Part shown: positions 38,893 to 48,187 of the stretch, one piece after another
How positions within the stretch are numbered: position 1 is the stretch's first letter
Layout: each line of letters starts with the position of its first letter
Assembly: GCA_965541585.1 (NCBI GenBank)
Contig: CBEUCH010000006.1
Location: 96,001 to 160,000, forward strand
Reading direction: 5' to 3'
DNA length: 64,000 nt
DNA from: an uncultured bacterium
Lineage (GTDB): Bacteria > Zixibacteria > MSB-5A5 > UBA10806
The notes under the pieces: model-generated
Database searches by the model: none
The model's input: the letters and a program-made list of their open reading frames with translations, nothing else
Told to the model about the DNA's origin: nothing
Made by a program: the position numbers and the translations under genes

Positions 38893-39658
38893 TCATAATC
38901 TCTCTGAGTTTGTCTGTGATGCTTCGCTCGAATAATCTCTGTATGGCTTCATGATATTTGTTTAAGCAGTCACGGATTTCATTAGGTTCAAGTGGTCCTT
39001 TAAAATAGGCGTCGTAATCAAGGACGAATGCTCTACGCCGCATCGGGGCAGGATAGTCTGGATTATGCACGCCAAATTGAAATCGGAGGTTAAAATCACT
39101 AAATACAACCTCGAAGTTGCTAAAGACTCGAGACAGCTGTGCTTCCTCGATAGCGTACGAAAACAATCCCAGAAGTTCATCGTTCACATAGGCTTGCCAA
39201 TCGAGTGGACCCGATCCTGGCACATCCAATTGGTTGATGTACCGAAGCCCCAACCGACTCGGTTGCGCATCTGCCTCAAAAGAGGTAAAAAAACTATCAA
39301 CAATCGTCAAGAACTCTTGCCGAAGAGTTTCATACCTGTCGTAATTGTTGTAAACGACGAAAAATGCCTCGGGTACAATCCTAAGACGTTTTTCACGGTT
39401 GCGCCCATAGAAGTTCCACTGCGTATACTCCTCTTTGTGTGCTGTAAGATCCTTGGCCGTAACAACAACCTCTTGTGAAAAAGCTGGTTTTGGCTCAGCA
39501 ATGGGAAAGCTCTGCAGCGCTGCTTTGCTGATGTTCTTTGGCAATTCATTCTGCAAACCTGCCAAGGGACTCGCCAAATCGACTCGAGCAAGAACCTTCG
39601 TAAGGAAATTACGCGGGTAGGATATTGAATCCAAATCTGTTGCTCTTGACATTTTCAT
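38879..39658 (-). CDS. TIGR04255 family protein
   Basis: YPRNFL.KV..RVD, YDRYE, SRLGLRYINQL, FVLDYD, LFERSIT. Confidence 0.8.
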   Translation of the reverse strand: MKMSRATDLDSISYPRNFLTKVLARVDLASPLAGLQNELPKNISKAALQSFPIAEPKPAFSQEVVVTAKDLTAHKEEYTQWNFYGRNREKRLRIVPEAFFVVYNNYDRYETLRQEFLTIVDSFFTSFEADAQPSRLGLRYINQLDVPGSGPLDWQAYVNDELLGLFSYAIEEAQLSRVFSNFEVVFSDFNLRFQFGVHNPDYPAPMRRRAFVLDYDAYFKGPLEPNEIRDCLNKYHEAIQRLFERSITDKLREIMNETA

Positions 39659-39918
39659 CCCTCATTCCTGTCGTGGCTTACGTCCGCCGTTTCTCAACGT
39701 AACCAGCGAAATCTTCCGCTCTGCGATCTCGTTCACCTCTTTCCCGCTAATTATTTCCTCCATTTAATACCCGTAACACAGCCATCAAGCCACGCATTAC
39801 AATCTTTCATCGTCCAGGCGGGCCGCAATCGCCGTCCGCCGTGGCCCGGGGGGGTGGTCAAAAAAAGGGAATACGGGCATGGGTGTCAAGGATTTTATTC
39901 GGCGGGCGTAGGGGCGGA

Positions 39919-40806
39919 TCAGCCGTTTTCGTCTACGTGGGAGCGCGGTCCGTCAGTGTCATCCTCTGTAATCTTCAAAACCTCGGCGCAGGTGGTGAAC
40001 TCGAAGATGTCTAAAAGCCGCATCAACTTCTCCTCGGCCAGGTTGAGATTTCCATAGCGGGAGTAGTTGACATAATCTGCGCTGGGCGGCCGCCTCTGGT
40101 GATGGTCCAGTTCCCAGAGCTTCATATTGATCATTGCCGAATATCCCCTGCGATTCAGGCTGTGGATGGCCCTTTTTACGAACCATCCCGGGAAAAGCCG
40201 CAACCGCTCGCTGAACCGTAATGATACCCCCAGCTTCTTCGCCGTGGATTGAGGCACGGCGATTATAGATCCGCCCTCTTCGAATCTGACTGTTATAGGC
40301 TGGTTCTGTTTGCCCGGAAGACCGTGAGACAGGGGACTGCAATCATAACGATAACCGGCCTCCGCTACCTGACGGTAGAGTGATAAATGTTCTGTCCCTA
40401 AAAATTGGCCGGCCGCCTTGAAGCCAAACACCGGCTTTTGCAGGATATCATCCAGTATTGTCCTGGAGCGCTCCAACTCGCCTGTCAGTTTTTCGGATGA
40501 CATTTTCCTGATATCGCCGTGAGACCAGCCGTGACTGGCCACCTCATGCCCGCGAGCATCTATCAGTGCTACGACCTCCGGAAATTTCCGGGCCACCGGC
40601 CCCAGGACGAAGAACGTAGCGGTCGCCTTCTGCTCGTCCAGGTTATCGAGCAGGTGAATAAGATTCGGAATGATGCGAGATTTCGTCTCTATTGATTCGA
40701 CATCGTGGCTTTCCGCATGGAATATGTCTTCCACCTCGAAGGAGAGGATGTTTTTAATCCCGGCGTTTCCGGTAGCTGGATTTTCGCTGTAGGAATCGGA
40801 AGTCAT
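39919..40806 (-). CDS. CE4 polysaccharide deacetylase-like protein (DUF3473/PEP-CTERM type), degenerate
   Basis: SFEVED, ATFFVLG, GHEVASHGWSH, YRYDCS, WELD. Confidence 0.8.
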   Translation of the reverse strand: MTSDSYSENPATGNAGIKNILSFEVEDIFHAESHDVESIETKSRIIPNLIHLLDNLDEQKATATFFVLGPVARKFPEVVALIDARGHEVASHGWSHGDIRKMSSEKLTGELERSRTILDDILQKPVFGFKAAGQFLGTEHLSLYRQVAEAGYRYDCSPLSHGLPGKQNQPITVRFEEGGSIIAVPQSTAKKLGVSLRFSERLRLFPGWFVKRAIHSLNRRGYSAMINMKLWELDHHQRRPPSADYVNYSRYGNLNLAEEKLMRLLDIFEFTTCAEVLKITEDDTDGPRSHVDENG

Positions 40807-40936
40807 CTCATATTAGTTCGGCATAAATTACTAATCTATAAATCTTGCAACGATGGTAAGTTGGTACATCAGTGCTGTCAAGCGATTTTGAGTGATTCGG
40901 ATATTGGATGCCGATCCGTTCCGATTCGGTACCCGG

Positions 40937-43771
40937 CTAACGATAACCGAATATCTCCGAGTATATTATCAGCAATATCAGGATTACCCCGATCGTAAAG
41001 GCGGTAGCTCCGAAAATCTTAAGGCCTCGCACGGCCACCTCGGGCAACGGGCTGACCAGCCGCTTCTGCAGCTCCCCTGATTTTACCAGCTCCTCGTATT
41101 CACGTGGACGATCGATCTTCAGTTCCTCGACTGAAACCCGGCCGGTGAAAATCACCGTATCCATGGGAAATTTATCCGGCCTGAAATGAGTGTTGAAGAA
41201 ATGCACCGTGAATATGAAACCGACCGCCAGAAGCGCTTCGTCCGAATGTATGATGGTTGCAACGTTGATAAACCACCCCGGCAGGACATAGGTAAAGAGC
41301 TCGGGGAACCATAATATCAAACCGGTGGACCCGATAATCGCCACGCCCCAGAAGACGGCGAAGTAGTCGAATTTTTCCCAGTAGGTCCAGTGGCCATAAG
41401 CGGGGCGTGGCCCGAGGCCGATGAACCATTTAAACGTTCCCGCAGCATCTTTTAAGTCGTTCTTGTTCGGGATCATTGAGTTCGGACCCAGCAGATATTC
41501 CCTCCAGGAGACGTTTTGATCTTTTCTCTTCTTAAACAGCGAAACAGCGTGCGATATAAAGTAGAAAAATGTTATAACGGCCCCGATACGATGGATATAT
41601 CCTGCCGATTCGAAACCGCCCAGAAGACGTGACGCGGTCTGGGCCCAGCCCATATAGGAGAATTTCAGGATCATCCCGGTCAGGGCCAGGGCCAGGAAGC
41701 TGATGATTACCAGGATATGCAATCTCCGGTCGAGCCTTCCGAACCTGAGAAACTGTTTGGCCTTTGGGTCGTGACTAATTTGCTTATATTTCTTTCTCTC
41801 CTGAAGAGAGCGAGGCAGCCATAGTATCGTATGCGCTCCGAAAATTGTGAAGGTTCCGACCAACAGCAGAGTCATAAACCAGAAGGTATAAAAAAGTATC
41901 GGATATTTATCGCGATCATGATGAGTGGCATGGGTCAGGTAGCCGGCAAATCGTCGATGGGATCCCTCGTGACAGTGGGAACAGGTTTCAACTATATTTT
42001 GCCGTGATAAACGTGATCCGGGTTCCCAGATTGGGAGAATATCGTGGGCCCCATGGCAGTCGTTGCATTTAGCCGCTGCAGTGTAACCGAGCTTCGAAAC
42101 TTTGCCGTGGAACGTCTCGAAATATGTGTCAGTGACCTCCATATGACATCGCCCGCATTGGTTGATGATATTGAGCTTGAATCCTTCCTTGTCGGTTCTG
42201 CTGATGGTGTGAGAGGAATGGCAGTCGTCGCACATGGGCAGTGGCTCCCCAGGCTTCTCCTCGCTTGTAAAGTGAATGCTCTGAATGAACTGCTCATAGA
42301 TACCGTTATGGCAGTTCGCACAGGTCTGTGCAATATTGTTGGTATGAACGGTTGATGCCGGATCGCTTTTAGGGAGTTCGTGATGCGGTGTATGGCAATC
42401 GGTGCACATGGCTGTAACCACCAGCCCGCTTTGCAAAAGCCCTTTACCATGAATGCTCATGACATAGTTTTTCAAAATCTCATGCTGCTCCCCGGTATAA
42501 CGCACCGCCGCCCTACTGCCCTCCTTATGGCACCGTCCGCAGAGTTCGGGAACATTAGTAGGATATGTCGGCGATTTCGGACTACGGTGCTCCCTGGTGT
42601 TGTGAACGCCATGACAATCCTGGCAGGTCGGCGCATTGGGATCGCCGCGATCGGAGAGGGTGCCGTGCGTGCTGGTTTCGTAGGTTGCTACTACTTCGGC
42701 ATGACATATGGAACAGTCGACCCTTGTAGTGATGGTTGCGCAGGAACGCCGTCCCGCCGGGCTGGCCCCGGTATGGCATTTGGCGCAGGCGGTCTGCCTG
42801 TGGTCCGAGCTTTTCACCTCAAGGGAATCGACATACAGCGATAGGGTATCGCCATCGCGCACGGTAACCAGATCCGGATTGGAATGGCATTCCATGCAAT
42901 CGCGATCGGACATCCCGAGTTCGTAGAATATCTTTCTGGCCGTATGAGGAGAGTGGCAATCGATACAGATCGGGACTTTATGAGGCTCCTTTTCCCAGAG
43001 TTCGCCCCGTATTACCTGCCGGTGCACCATTTCGATCTGGCCATGACATTGCTGGCAGGTTTTGGGAACGTTATCTTTATAAATGGAAGAGTTCGGATCG
43101 GTATGCGGTAAAACGTTATGGGCTGAATGGCAATCGGAGCAAACCGCGGTAACGGTTAAACCTTGCTTGAACAATCCCTCGCCATGAATACTCTGGGAAT
43201 AATGTGTCAGGATGCTGTCCTGCGGTATATCAAAGGTCCTGTCGACCTCGGTCCCTTCCTTGTGGCACCTTCCGCACATATAAGGGATATTAAATTTCGT
43301 TACTCTGGAGTCGGGAAAGGTCGGTGGCTTTATATCGTGCGATCCATGGCAATCCCAGCAGCGCGGCGCTAATTTGGTGCCCGCCTTCACTGCCTGACCG
43401 TGCAGGCTGTTATTGTAAGTCTCGGAGATAACATCATGGCACATCCCGCACTCAACCGGCTCGAGTTCCTCGTCGTGAGGAAAGTCGGAATCAGCGAGGG
43501 CGGTATGGCAATCGATGCATTCGAAATCAGCGTGGACGGAGCCTGAGAATTTCAAGAGATCGACATATACGGAGAACTCGCGTCCCTTCCGTTCTCCGGT
43601 GAGATCGCTGTCCTCATGACACATCATGCAGTCATCCGCGGATTGCGCTGAGGAATCGGCGTTCCATGAAATGGCAGTAATTAGCGATATGAAAACCAGG
43701 CGCAGAAATATCAGGGCGCCTTTTCCAGATGTTTTTTCGCTGCAGTGCCAGCTACCGAATGCGTCGTTCAT
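40937..43771 (-). CDS. multiheme cytochrome c (19 CxxCH) fused to a cytochrome b membrane domain
   Basis: 19 CxxCH counted by eye; C-terminal RRLH..LTG, IHR, YWEKFDYFAVFWG, IHSDEA..VHFF. Confidence 0.93.
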   Translation of the reverse strand: MNDAFGSWHCSEKTSGKGALIFLRLVFISLITAISWNADSSAQSADDCMMCHEDSDLTGERKGREFSVYVDLLKFSGSVHADFECIDCHTALADSDFPHDEELEPVECGMCHDVISETYNNSLHGQAVKAGTKLAPRCWDCHGSHDIKPPTFPDSRVTKFNIPYMCGRCHKEGTEVDRTFDIPQDSILTHYSQSIHGEGLFKQGLTVTAVCSDCHSAHNVLPHTDPNSSIYKDNVPKTCQQCHGQIEMVHRQVIRGELWEKEPHKVPICIDCHSPHTARKIFYELGMSDRDCMECHSNPDLVTVRDGDTLSLYVDSLEVKSSDHRQTACAKCHTGASPAGRRSCATITTRVDCSICHAEVVATYETSTHGTLSDRGDPNAPTCQDCHGVHNTREHRSPKSPTYPTNVPELCGRCHKEGSRAAVRYTGEQHEILKNYVMSIHGKGLLQSGLVVTAMCTDCHTPHHELPKSDPASTVHTNNIAQTCANCHNGIYEQFIQSIHFTSEEKPGEPLPMCDDCHSSHTISRTDKEGFKLNIINQCGRCHMEVTDTYFETFHGKVSKLGYTAAAKCNDCHGAHDILPIWEPGSRLSRQNIVETCSHCHEGSHRRFAGYLTHATHHDRDKYPILFYTFWFMTLLLVGTFTIFGAHTILWLPRSLQERKKYKQISHDPKAKQFLRFGRLDRRLHILVIISFLALALTGMILKFSYMGWAQTASRLLGGFESAGYIHRIGAVITFFYFISHAVSLFKKRKDQNVSWREYLLGPNSMIPNKNDLKDAAGTFKWFIGLGPRPAYGHWTYWEKFDYFAVFWGVAIIGSTGLILWFPELFTYVLPGWFINVATIIHSDEALLAVGFIFTVHFFNTHFRPDKFPMDTVIFTGRVSVEELKIDRPREYEELVKSGELQKRLVSPLPEVAVRGLKIFGATAFTIGVILILLIIYSEIFGYR

Positions 43772-45786
43772 TGTGTTGTTATTGAACTATGGCTGTCCTT
43801 CTCGACGGATTTCAATTCTTCTGCTAAATCTTTTAAGTCCGGATCTTCCGGATGCTCGTGCTGGTATTGTTCGAGCGGCATCTTGCCGGTGTACCAGGCC
43901 GGATTCATCGGGTAAACACCTGGGCTGAACACCGTGGAATACATGTGCCAGATCAATATCGCCAGTGTCGCAAGCCAGGCCTCGTAATAATGTATCACCA
44001 GCATAACGTCGAGAAAGCCCTTGGGGAACCATCTGACGGCGAGGTTATCGAACCAGAGAACGAACCCGGTAAGAATCATTATGGCGGCTCCCCAGACCAG
44101 CGCCCAGTATTCGGCCTTCTCCACATAACCGAATCGTCCGAAACGAGGCCTCTGTTTGCGTGCGCCCAGATTATAAGCGATCATCTGCCACAACTGCCTG
44201 AGATCCACGAAGGCCGGGATCATATCTTTGAAAAATCGCTTTCCGCGGCCGGTGAAAAGATAAAACAAGTGCCAGATCGTCGTCAGCATAAATAGCACGG
44301 CGGCCACCCGGTGGATTATACCCCTGAGAGGGAATCCTCCCTCCCAGCCGAAAAGCGCTTTCACCCACCAGGCCTCGGAGAATCGAAGCGAAAAGCCCGT
44401 TACAACGAGGACAATAAAGGTCAGCATCAGAAAGGCGTGCTGCCAGACTTCATTGTAGTTCATGCGGCGAACCTGTTTTTTCTGGTTCACCAGTTTGATC
44501 TGCTTGCGAAAATCGATCAGCCAATGAAGCGCCATTCCTCCGATTACTATAATAATAAGCGATATATAGATCTTTTGAATCAGCGCTGCCAGCGGCGTAG
44601 AACTGACCCCGGGCACACCGTGTATCGGTATGCTGGCGACCGCCTGGGAGATCCCCGGATGGCAGTGGCCGCATGTTGCCTGTATGTTTGCGGGATTGAT
44701 AGACGATGTAGAATCGCTGCTGGGAAGGATCCTGTGTGCCCCATGGCAGGACGCACAATTGGCGACGGTAAGATCACCGGCCTTGCTCTTCAAGCCATGA
44801 TAACTATCTACCCACTTCTGCAACCGGCCGGGGCTGATCTCATACCTTTCGTTGAGCTGGGCGGATTCGTGGCAGGGAGTGCAGGTCGCCTCGGCCACCC
44901 TGGCCGGGCTTACGGCCGCTCGCGGATCATCGGGAGAGAGAATACCATGTTCTCCATGGCAATGAGTACAGACCGGAGAATCTGTAATCCCTCTTAAGGT
45001 CAGTTTACCATGGATTCCCTCCCAGTAATCATTTTCTATACTGCGGTGACACTTGCCGCAGGTTTTGGGGATATTAAAGTGATTAACCGTCGATTCCGAT
45101 AAGCCGGCGGCCAGGATCTTATGGGCCGTTCCGTCGGTGGAATGGCAATCGTGGCAGGTGGCGGCTAAGTAGATTCCCCCAAGCGACGCCCGGCCGTGGA
45201 TGCTGTTCTTAAAAAGCTCCACCGGATGCCGCATCATTATCTCGTGCTTCTCGATAAGGTCAAGGTCCTCATGACACCGACCGCAGGTTTGGGGAAGGTT
45301 TAGCGGATTTACGCGAGATTGTTTCTCAGTCGAGACCTCGATATCGTGCTTGCCATGGCAATCCGCACAGGTCGGCATATCGGCGCTCTGCCCAACTTTG
45401 AGATAGCCGTGCCATTGGTAGATCTCCGCCTCGTCCTCGTGACAGTCGCGGCAATTCACCGGAGGGAGTCGCTCGGCATGAGGAGTCTCGACTACACCCG
45501 CGTGGCATGAAACGCATTCGAATTCCGCATGAACCGACGATTCATACCTCGCCTCATCGACATAGAGGGAATACTCCCCGCCCATCTGATCGACACCTGT
45601 CAACTCCTCGTCGCCATGGCATTCCAGGCAATCATCCTGCGCCAGGGCAATAAGGGGATATGCAACGATTAAAACAGATAGGAATGCCCATGTAATCGTC
45701 TTTCTCCAGGTTATCCCGGAGTGATCTGTCTCTTCACCAAACATCCTCGTCAACCCCATCGATAGACAATTCAACGAACGGTCCAA
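43768..45786 (-). CDS. multiheme cytochrome c (11 CxxCH) fused to a cytochrome b membrane domain
   Basis: 11 CxxCH; WQH..VTG, IIHR, YVEKAEYWALVWG, IHYYEA..WHMY. Exact start uncertain. Confidence 0.93.
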   Translation of the reverse strand: MDRSLNCLSMGLTRMFGEETDHSGITWRKTITWAFLSVLIVAYPLIALAQDDCLECHGDEELTGVDQMGGEYSLYVDEARYESSVHAEFECVSCHAGVVETPHAERLPPVNCRDCHEDEAEIYQWHGYLKVGQSADMPTCADCHGKHDIEVSTEKQSRVNPLNLPQTCGRCHEDLDLIEKHEIMMRHPVELFKNSIHGRASLGGIYLAATCHDCHSTDGTAHKILAAGLSESTVNHFNIPKTCGKCHRSIENDYWEGIHGKLTLRGITDSPVCTHCHGEHGILSPDDPRAAVSPARVAEATCTPCHESAQLNERYEISPGRLQKWVDSYHGLKSKAGDLTVANCASCHGAHRILPSSDSTSSINPANIQATCGHCHPGISQAVASIPIHGVPGVSSTPLAALIQKIYISLIIIVIGGMALHWLIDFRKQIKLVNQKKQVRRMNYNEVWQHAFLMLTFIVLVVTGFSLRFSEAWWVKALFGWEGGFPLRGIIHRVAAVLFMLTTIWHLFYLFTGRGKRFFKDMIPAFVDLRQLWQMIAYNLGARKQRPRFGRFGYVEKAEYWALVWGAAIMILTGFVLWFDNLAVRWFPKGFLDVMLVIHYYEAWLATLAILIWHMYSTVFSPGVYPMNPAWYTGKMPLEQYQHEHPEDPDLKDLAEELKSVEKDSHSSITTQ

Positions 45787-45812
45787 TTCGCGACCTTAAA
45801 TCTCCATCATCC

Positions 45813-45864
45813 AAAGTAAATTATCGGCATCCCCGTGTCAAGATTAATGTGAAATAATTCTCAA
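45813..45864 (-). promoter_or_regulatory. promoter of the cytochrome operon with an adjacent Rex/CRP-FNR-like palindrome
   Basis: TTGACA-17-TACTTT on the minus strand; ATGTGAAATAATTCTCAA at 45847-45864. Confidence 0.5.
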
Positions 45865-46030
45865 GGTTATTTTAACCCCCAATCATAACGTGTTAACAGT
45901 TAAAAAGATCCGCCTATAGTCAGGATGTGGTTTCGTTAAGTTCGTAATGATTATTAATTAGATAAGACTACATTATCTATTTTAGATAACAGGTTTTAAG
46001 TTGTCTTGGGTCGCCGATTGAGATGCAGGC

Positions 46031-46987
46031 CTATTTGATTAGCTCCTGGAATTCATGGAATGACCTCAGGCCATCCAGATCCGAATCGTGCGCCGCCATG
46101 CTTTTGAATCGCGGCGCTATAAGGATTGCCGTTTCGATACTTGCCAGGGCCTCGTCGAATTCCCCGGCCAGGGTCAGGTAACATGCCAGGTCATAGTAGG
46201 TTTCGGGAAGTTGGGGGCCCAGCTCTACCGACTTGCGGGCTTCTTTCACGGCCATCAGCAATTCGCCATTCTGATAGAAATGGGCGGCTGTGTCAAGATG
46301 CGACAGCGCTTTGGATATCTCGTAGAGGCGGGCTATCTCCGCAAACGGTTCGGGGCTATCATCGACCCGGATATCAATCTTGCGATCGTATTGAAGCCCT
46401 TCGGTCTTCTGAACCACGTACAAAGCCGTGGACTGTTTCCCTCTGGCATCTCCCCCTGAGGAATCCCCTGCCAGCAACGCAGCCAGCAGCCTGTCGGCGA
46501 GGTCACCCCCGGTATATTCAAATACCGATACCATATTTATCACGACGCTGTCGGAGACGAGAATATTGCCCTGAGCGGCGCAGTTTACTCCAATAATACC
46601 ACCAGCCCAGTCGATGCATTCGGAGCCGGTAAAGGTGGCGGCGATTCCGTTGAAATCGATTACTCCCAATTGCCGTCTTTCAGAATTCGGGTCGGCGGAG
46701 GTCAGGGAATCTATTACCGCCTGCGGTGACAAACCGCCTTCCAGCAATTCTAACCCGGTAATTCCATAGTCGTAGTTTACCCAGGCCTGGGTGGCGATTG
46801 CACCGACCCCCGCCTTAGCCCAGGGCACGACAGATCCAACCGAGAAATATTTGCTGGCCACCGCCACCCCCAGCTCTCCTGTCAGGGGATCGCAACCGGC
46901 TATCGAGAATGTCGCATAAGGCTCTGAGGCGTTCAGCACCATAATCGGGAGAAGCAGGATGGCAATAAAAAGAAGCAATTGTCTCAT
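46031..46987 (-). CDS. exported DUF1028 (Ntn-hydrolase-like) protein with C-terminal TPR
   Basis: Signal peptide; TFSIAG, GVAVAS, GAIATQA, QGNIL, GGDARGKQS; YYDLACY. Confidence 0.9.
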   Translation of the reverse strand: MRQLLLFIAILLLPIMVLNASEPYATFSIAGCDPLTGELGVAVASKYFSVGSVVPWAKAGVGAIATQAWVNYDYGITGLELLEGGLSPQAVIDSLTSADPNSERRQLGVIDFNGIAATFTGSECIDWAGGIIGVNCAAQGNILVSDSVVINMVSVFEYTGGDLADRLLAALLAGDSSGGDARGKQSTALYVVQKTEGLQYDRKIDIRVDDSPEPFAEIARLYEISKALSHLDTAAHFYQNGELLMAVKEARKSVELGPQLPETYYDLACYLTLAGEFDEALASIETAILIAPRFKSMAAHDSDLDGLRSFHEFQELIK

Positions 46988-47094
46988 TAGTTGACCTCCA
47001 TTCCGATAGAGTTACCTTATATTATTTTCCCACCCTCCGGTCAATATGTCAAGGAATTGAGAGATATGACCTGCGAGGAATGCAATGTTTGGCC

Positions 47095-47123
47095 TTGACT
47101 GGGGTATGGCGTTTTCGTAGCCT
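47095..47123 (+). promoter_or_regulatory. promoter implying a leaderless transcript
   Basis: TTGACT-17-TAGCCT-6 nt-ATG(47130); no SD. Confidence 0.5.
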
Positions 47124-47129
47124 TGACCG

Positions 47130-48044
47130 ATGCCCGGCAGGCTTTTAAGATTTGAAGAGTTATCTACCACGGCTCTTGCCGGTCTGGATAAGGAAAAAAC
47201 GGCGATCTTTATACCGATTTCTCCGATGGAGGGTCATGGATCCCATTTGCCGCTGGGCGTGGATTTTTTCAATGCAGAATTCTTCGCGGAAAAGGCGGCC
47301 CGGATCTCTCTTCAAAAGAGGCCGGACTTTGACGCCGTCATCTGTAAAGGAATTCCCCTTGGCACTCAACTCTATAAACAACCGGGCTCATTGAGGATCG
47401 ATGGCGCCACGGTGTATAAGATCATGACCGGCGTGGGCGCTTCCCTGGCGATCTGGGGATACAGGTATTTATTTGTTTTGTCCGGTCACGGATCGCCGAA
47501 GGACATAGTCGCCCTCGAAGCGGCATGCAGAAAGGTTTCGAGAAGGTTCGGAATTCGGATGCACAATCTATCGGGGGCCATGGCTATTCGTTTTTTATCC
47601 GGTGAGTTTACCGATAGGATTTCCGCAGATCTCTCGCGGCCGCTAACCGACGAGGAGAAGACGTTATTGAAAAAGGATACCCATGGAGGCTGGTGGGAGA
47701 CGTCCATGATGCTCTATTTGAAGCCCGGGTTGGTGGACGAGCGATACAGAACGTTGCCTGATACGGAGAAAGGGAATAAAAACCAGGAACCAGGCTATTA
47801 TGGTTCACCATCCAGGGCAAGCGTAGAGTTTGCCGAGGTGTCTGTCCGGGTGATGGTTGAAGAGACGAGCCGGGTGATCGCCAGGTGCCTCGGTGGTGAG
47901 GATATTACAGCGGAGACGACCTCGCCTTTATACAGAATTATCTTCCTGCGGCCGGGATTTAAGAAATATCTCATTCTCTCAGTTATATCCGGCGTACTTG
48001 CTGTGGCGGCGATAGTGGTTATCTATACCGCCATCTTTCGCTAA
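47130..48044 (+). CDS. creatininase/MftE-family amidohydrolase with C-terminal TM
   Basis: EGHGSHLPLGVD, GHG, HGGWWETS, GYYGSP. Confidence 0.88.
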   Translation: MPGRLLRFEELSTTALAGLDKEKTAIFIPISPMEGHGSHLPLGVDFFNAEFFAEKAARISLQKRPDFDAVICKGIPLGTQLYKQPGSLRIDGATVYKIMTGVGASLAIWGYRYLFVLSGHGSPKDIVALEAACRKVSRRFGIRMHNLSGAMAIRFLSGEFTDRISADLSRPLTDEEKTLLKKDTHGGWWETSMMLYLKPGLVDERYRTLPDTEKGNKNQEPGYYGSPSRASVEFAEVSVRVMVEETSRVIARCLGGEDITAETTSPLYRIIFLRPGFKKYLILSVISGVLAVAAIVVIYTAIFR

Positions 48045-48187
48045 TATTCTGATCTCTGCGGTTATTGAAATTGTATCCCGCGCCAGCGTTTATAGTCTTA
48101 TAATTCTCGGCTAATATATGAAGGCTTTTCGACCGATAATAAAACAGGTCGAATGGCTGGAAAATCTTATCAGGGAGGAAATCTTAG

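Noticed and set aside
39662..39763. 33-aa ORF (MEEIISGK...) just upstream of TIGR04255 as a fourth component
   Set aside because: Too short, with no SD and no recognisable motif
44311..44997. 228-aa ORF antisense to the cytochrome gene, and similar shadow ORFs throughout
   Set aside because: Explained by the codon bias of the real gene on the opposite strand
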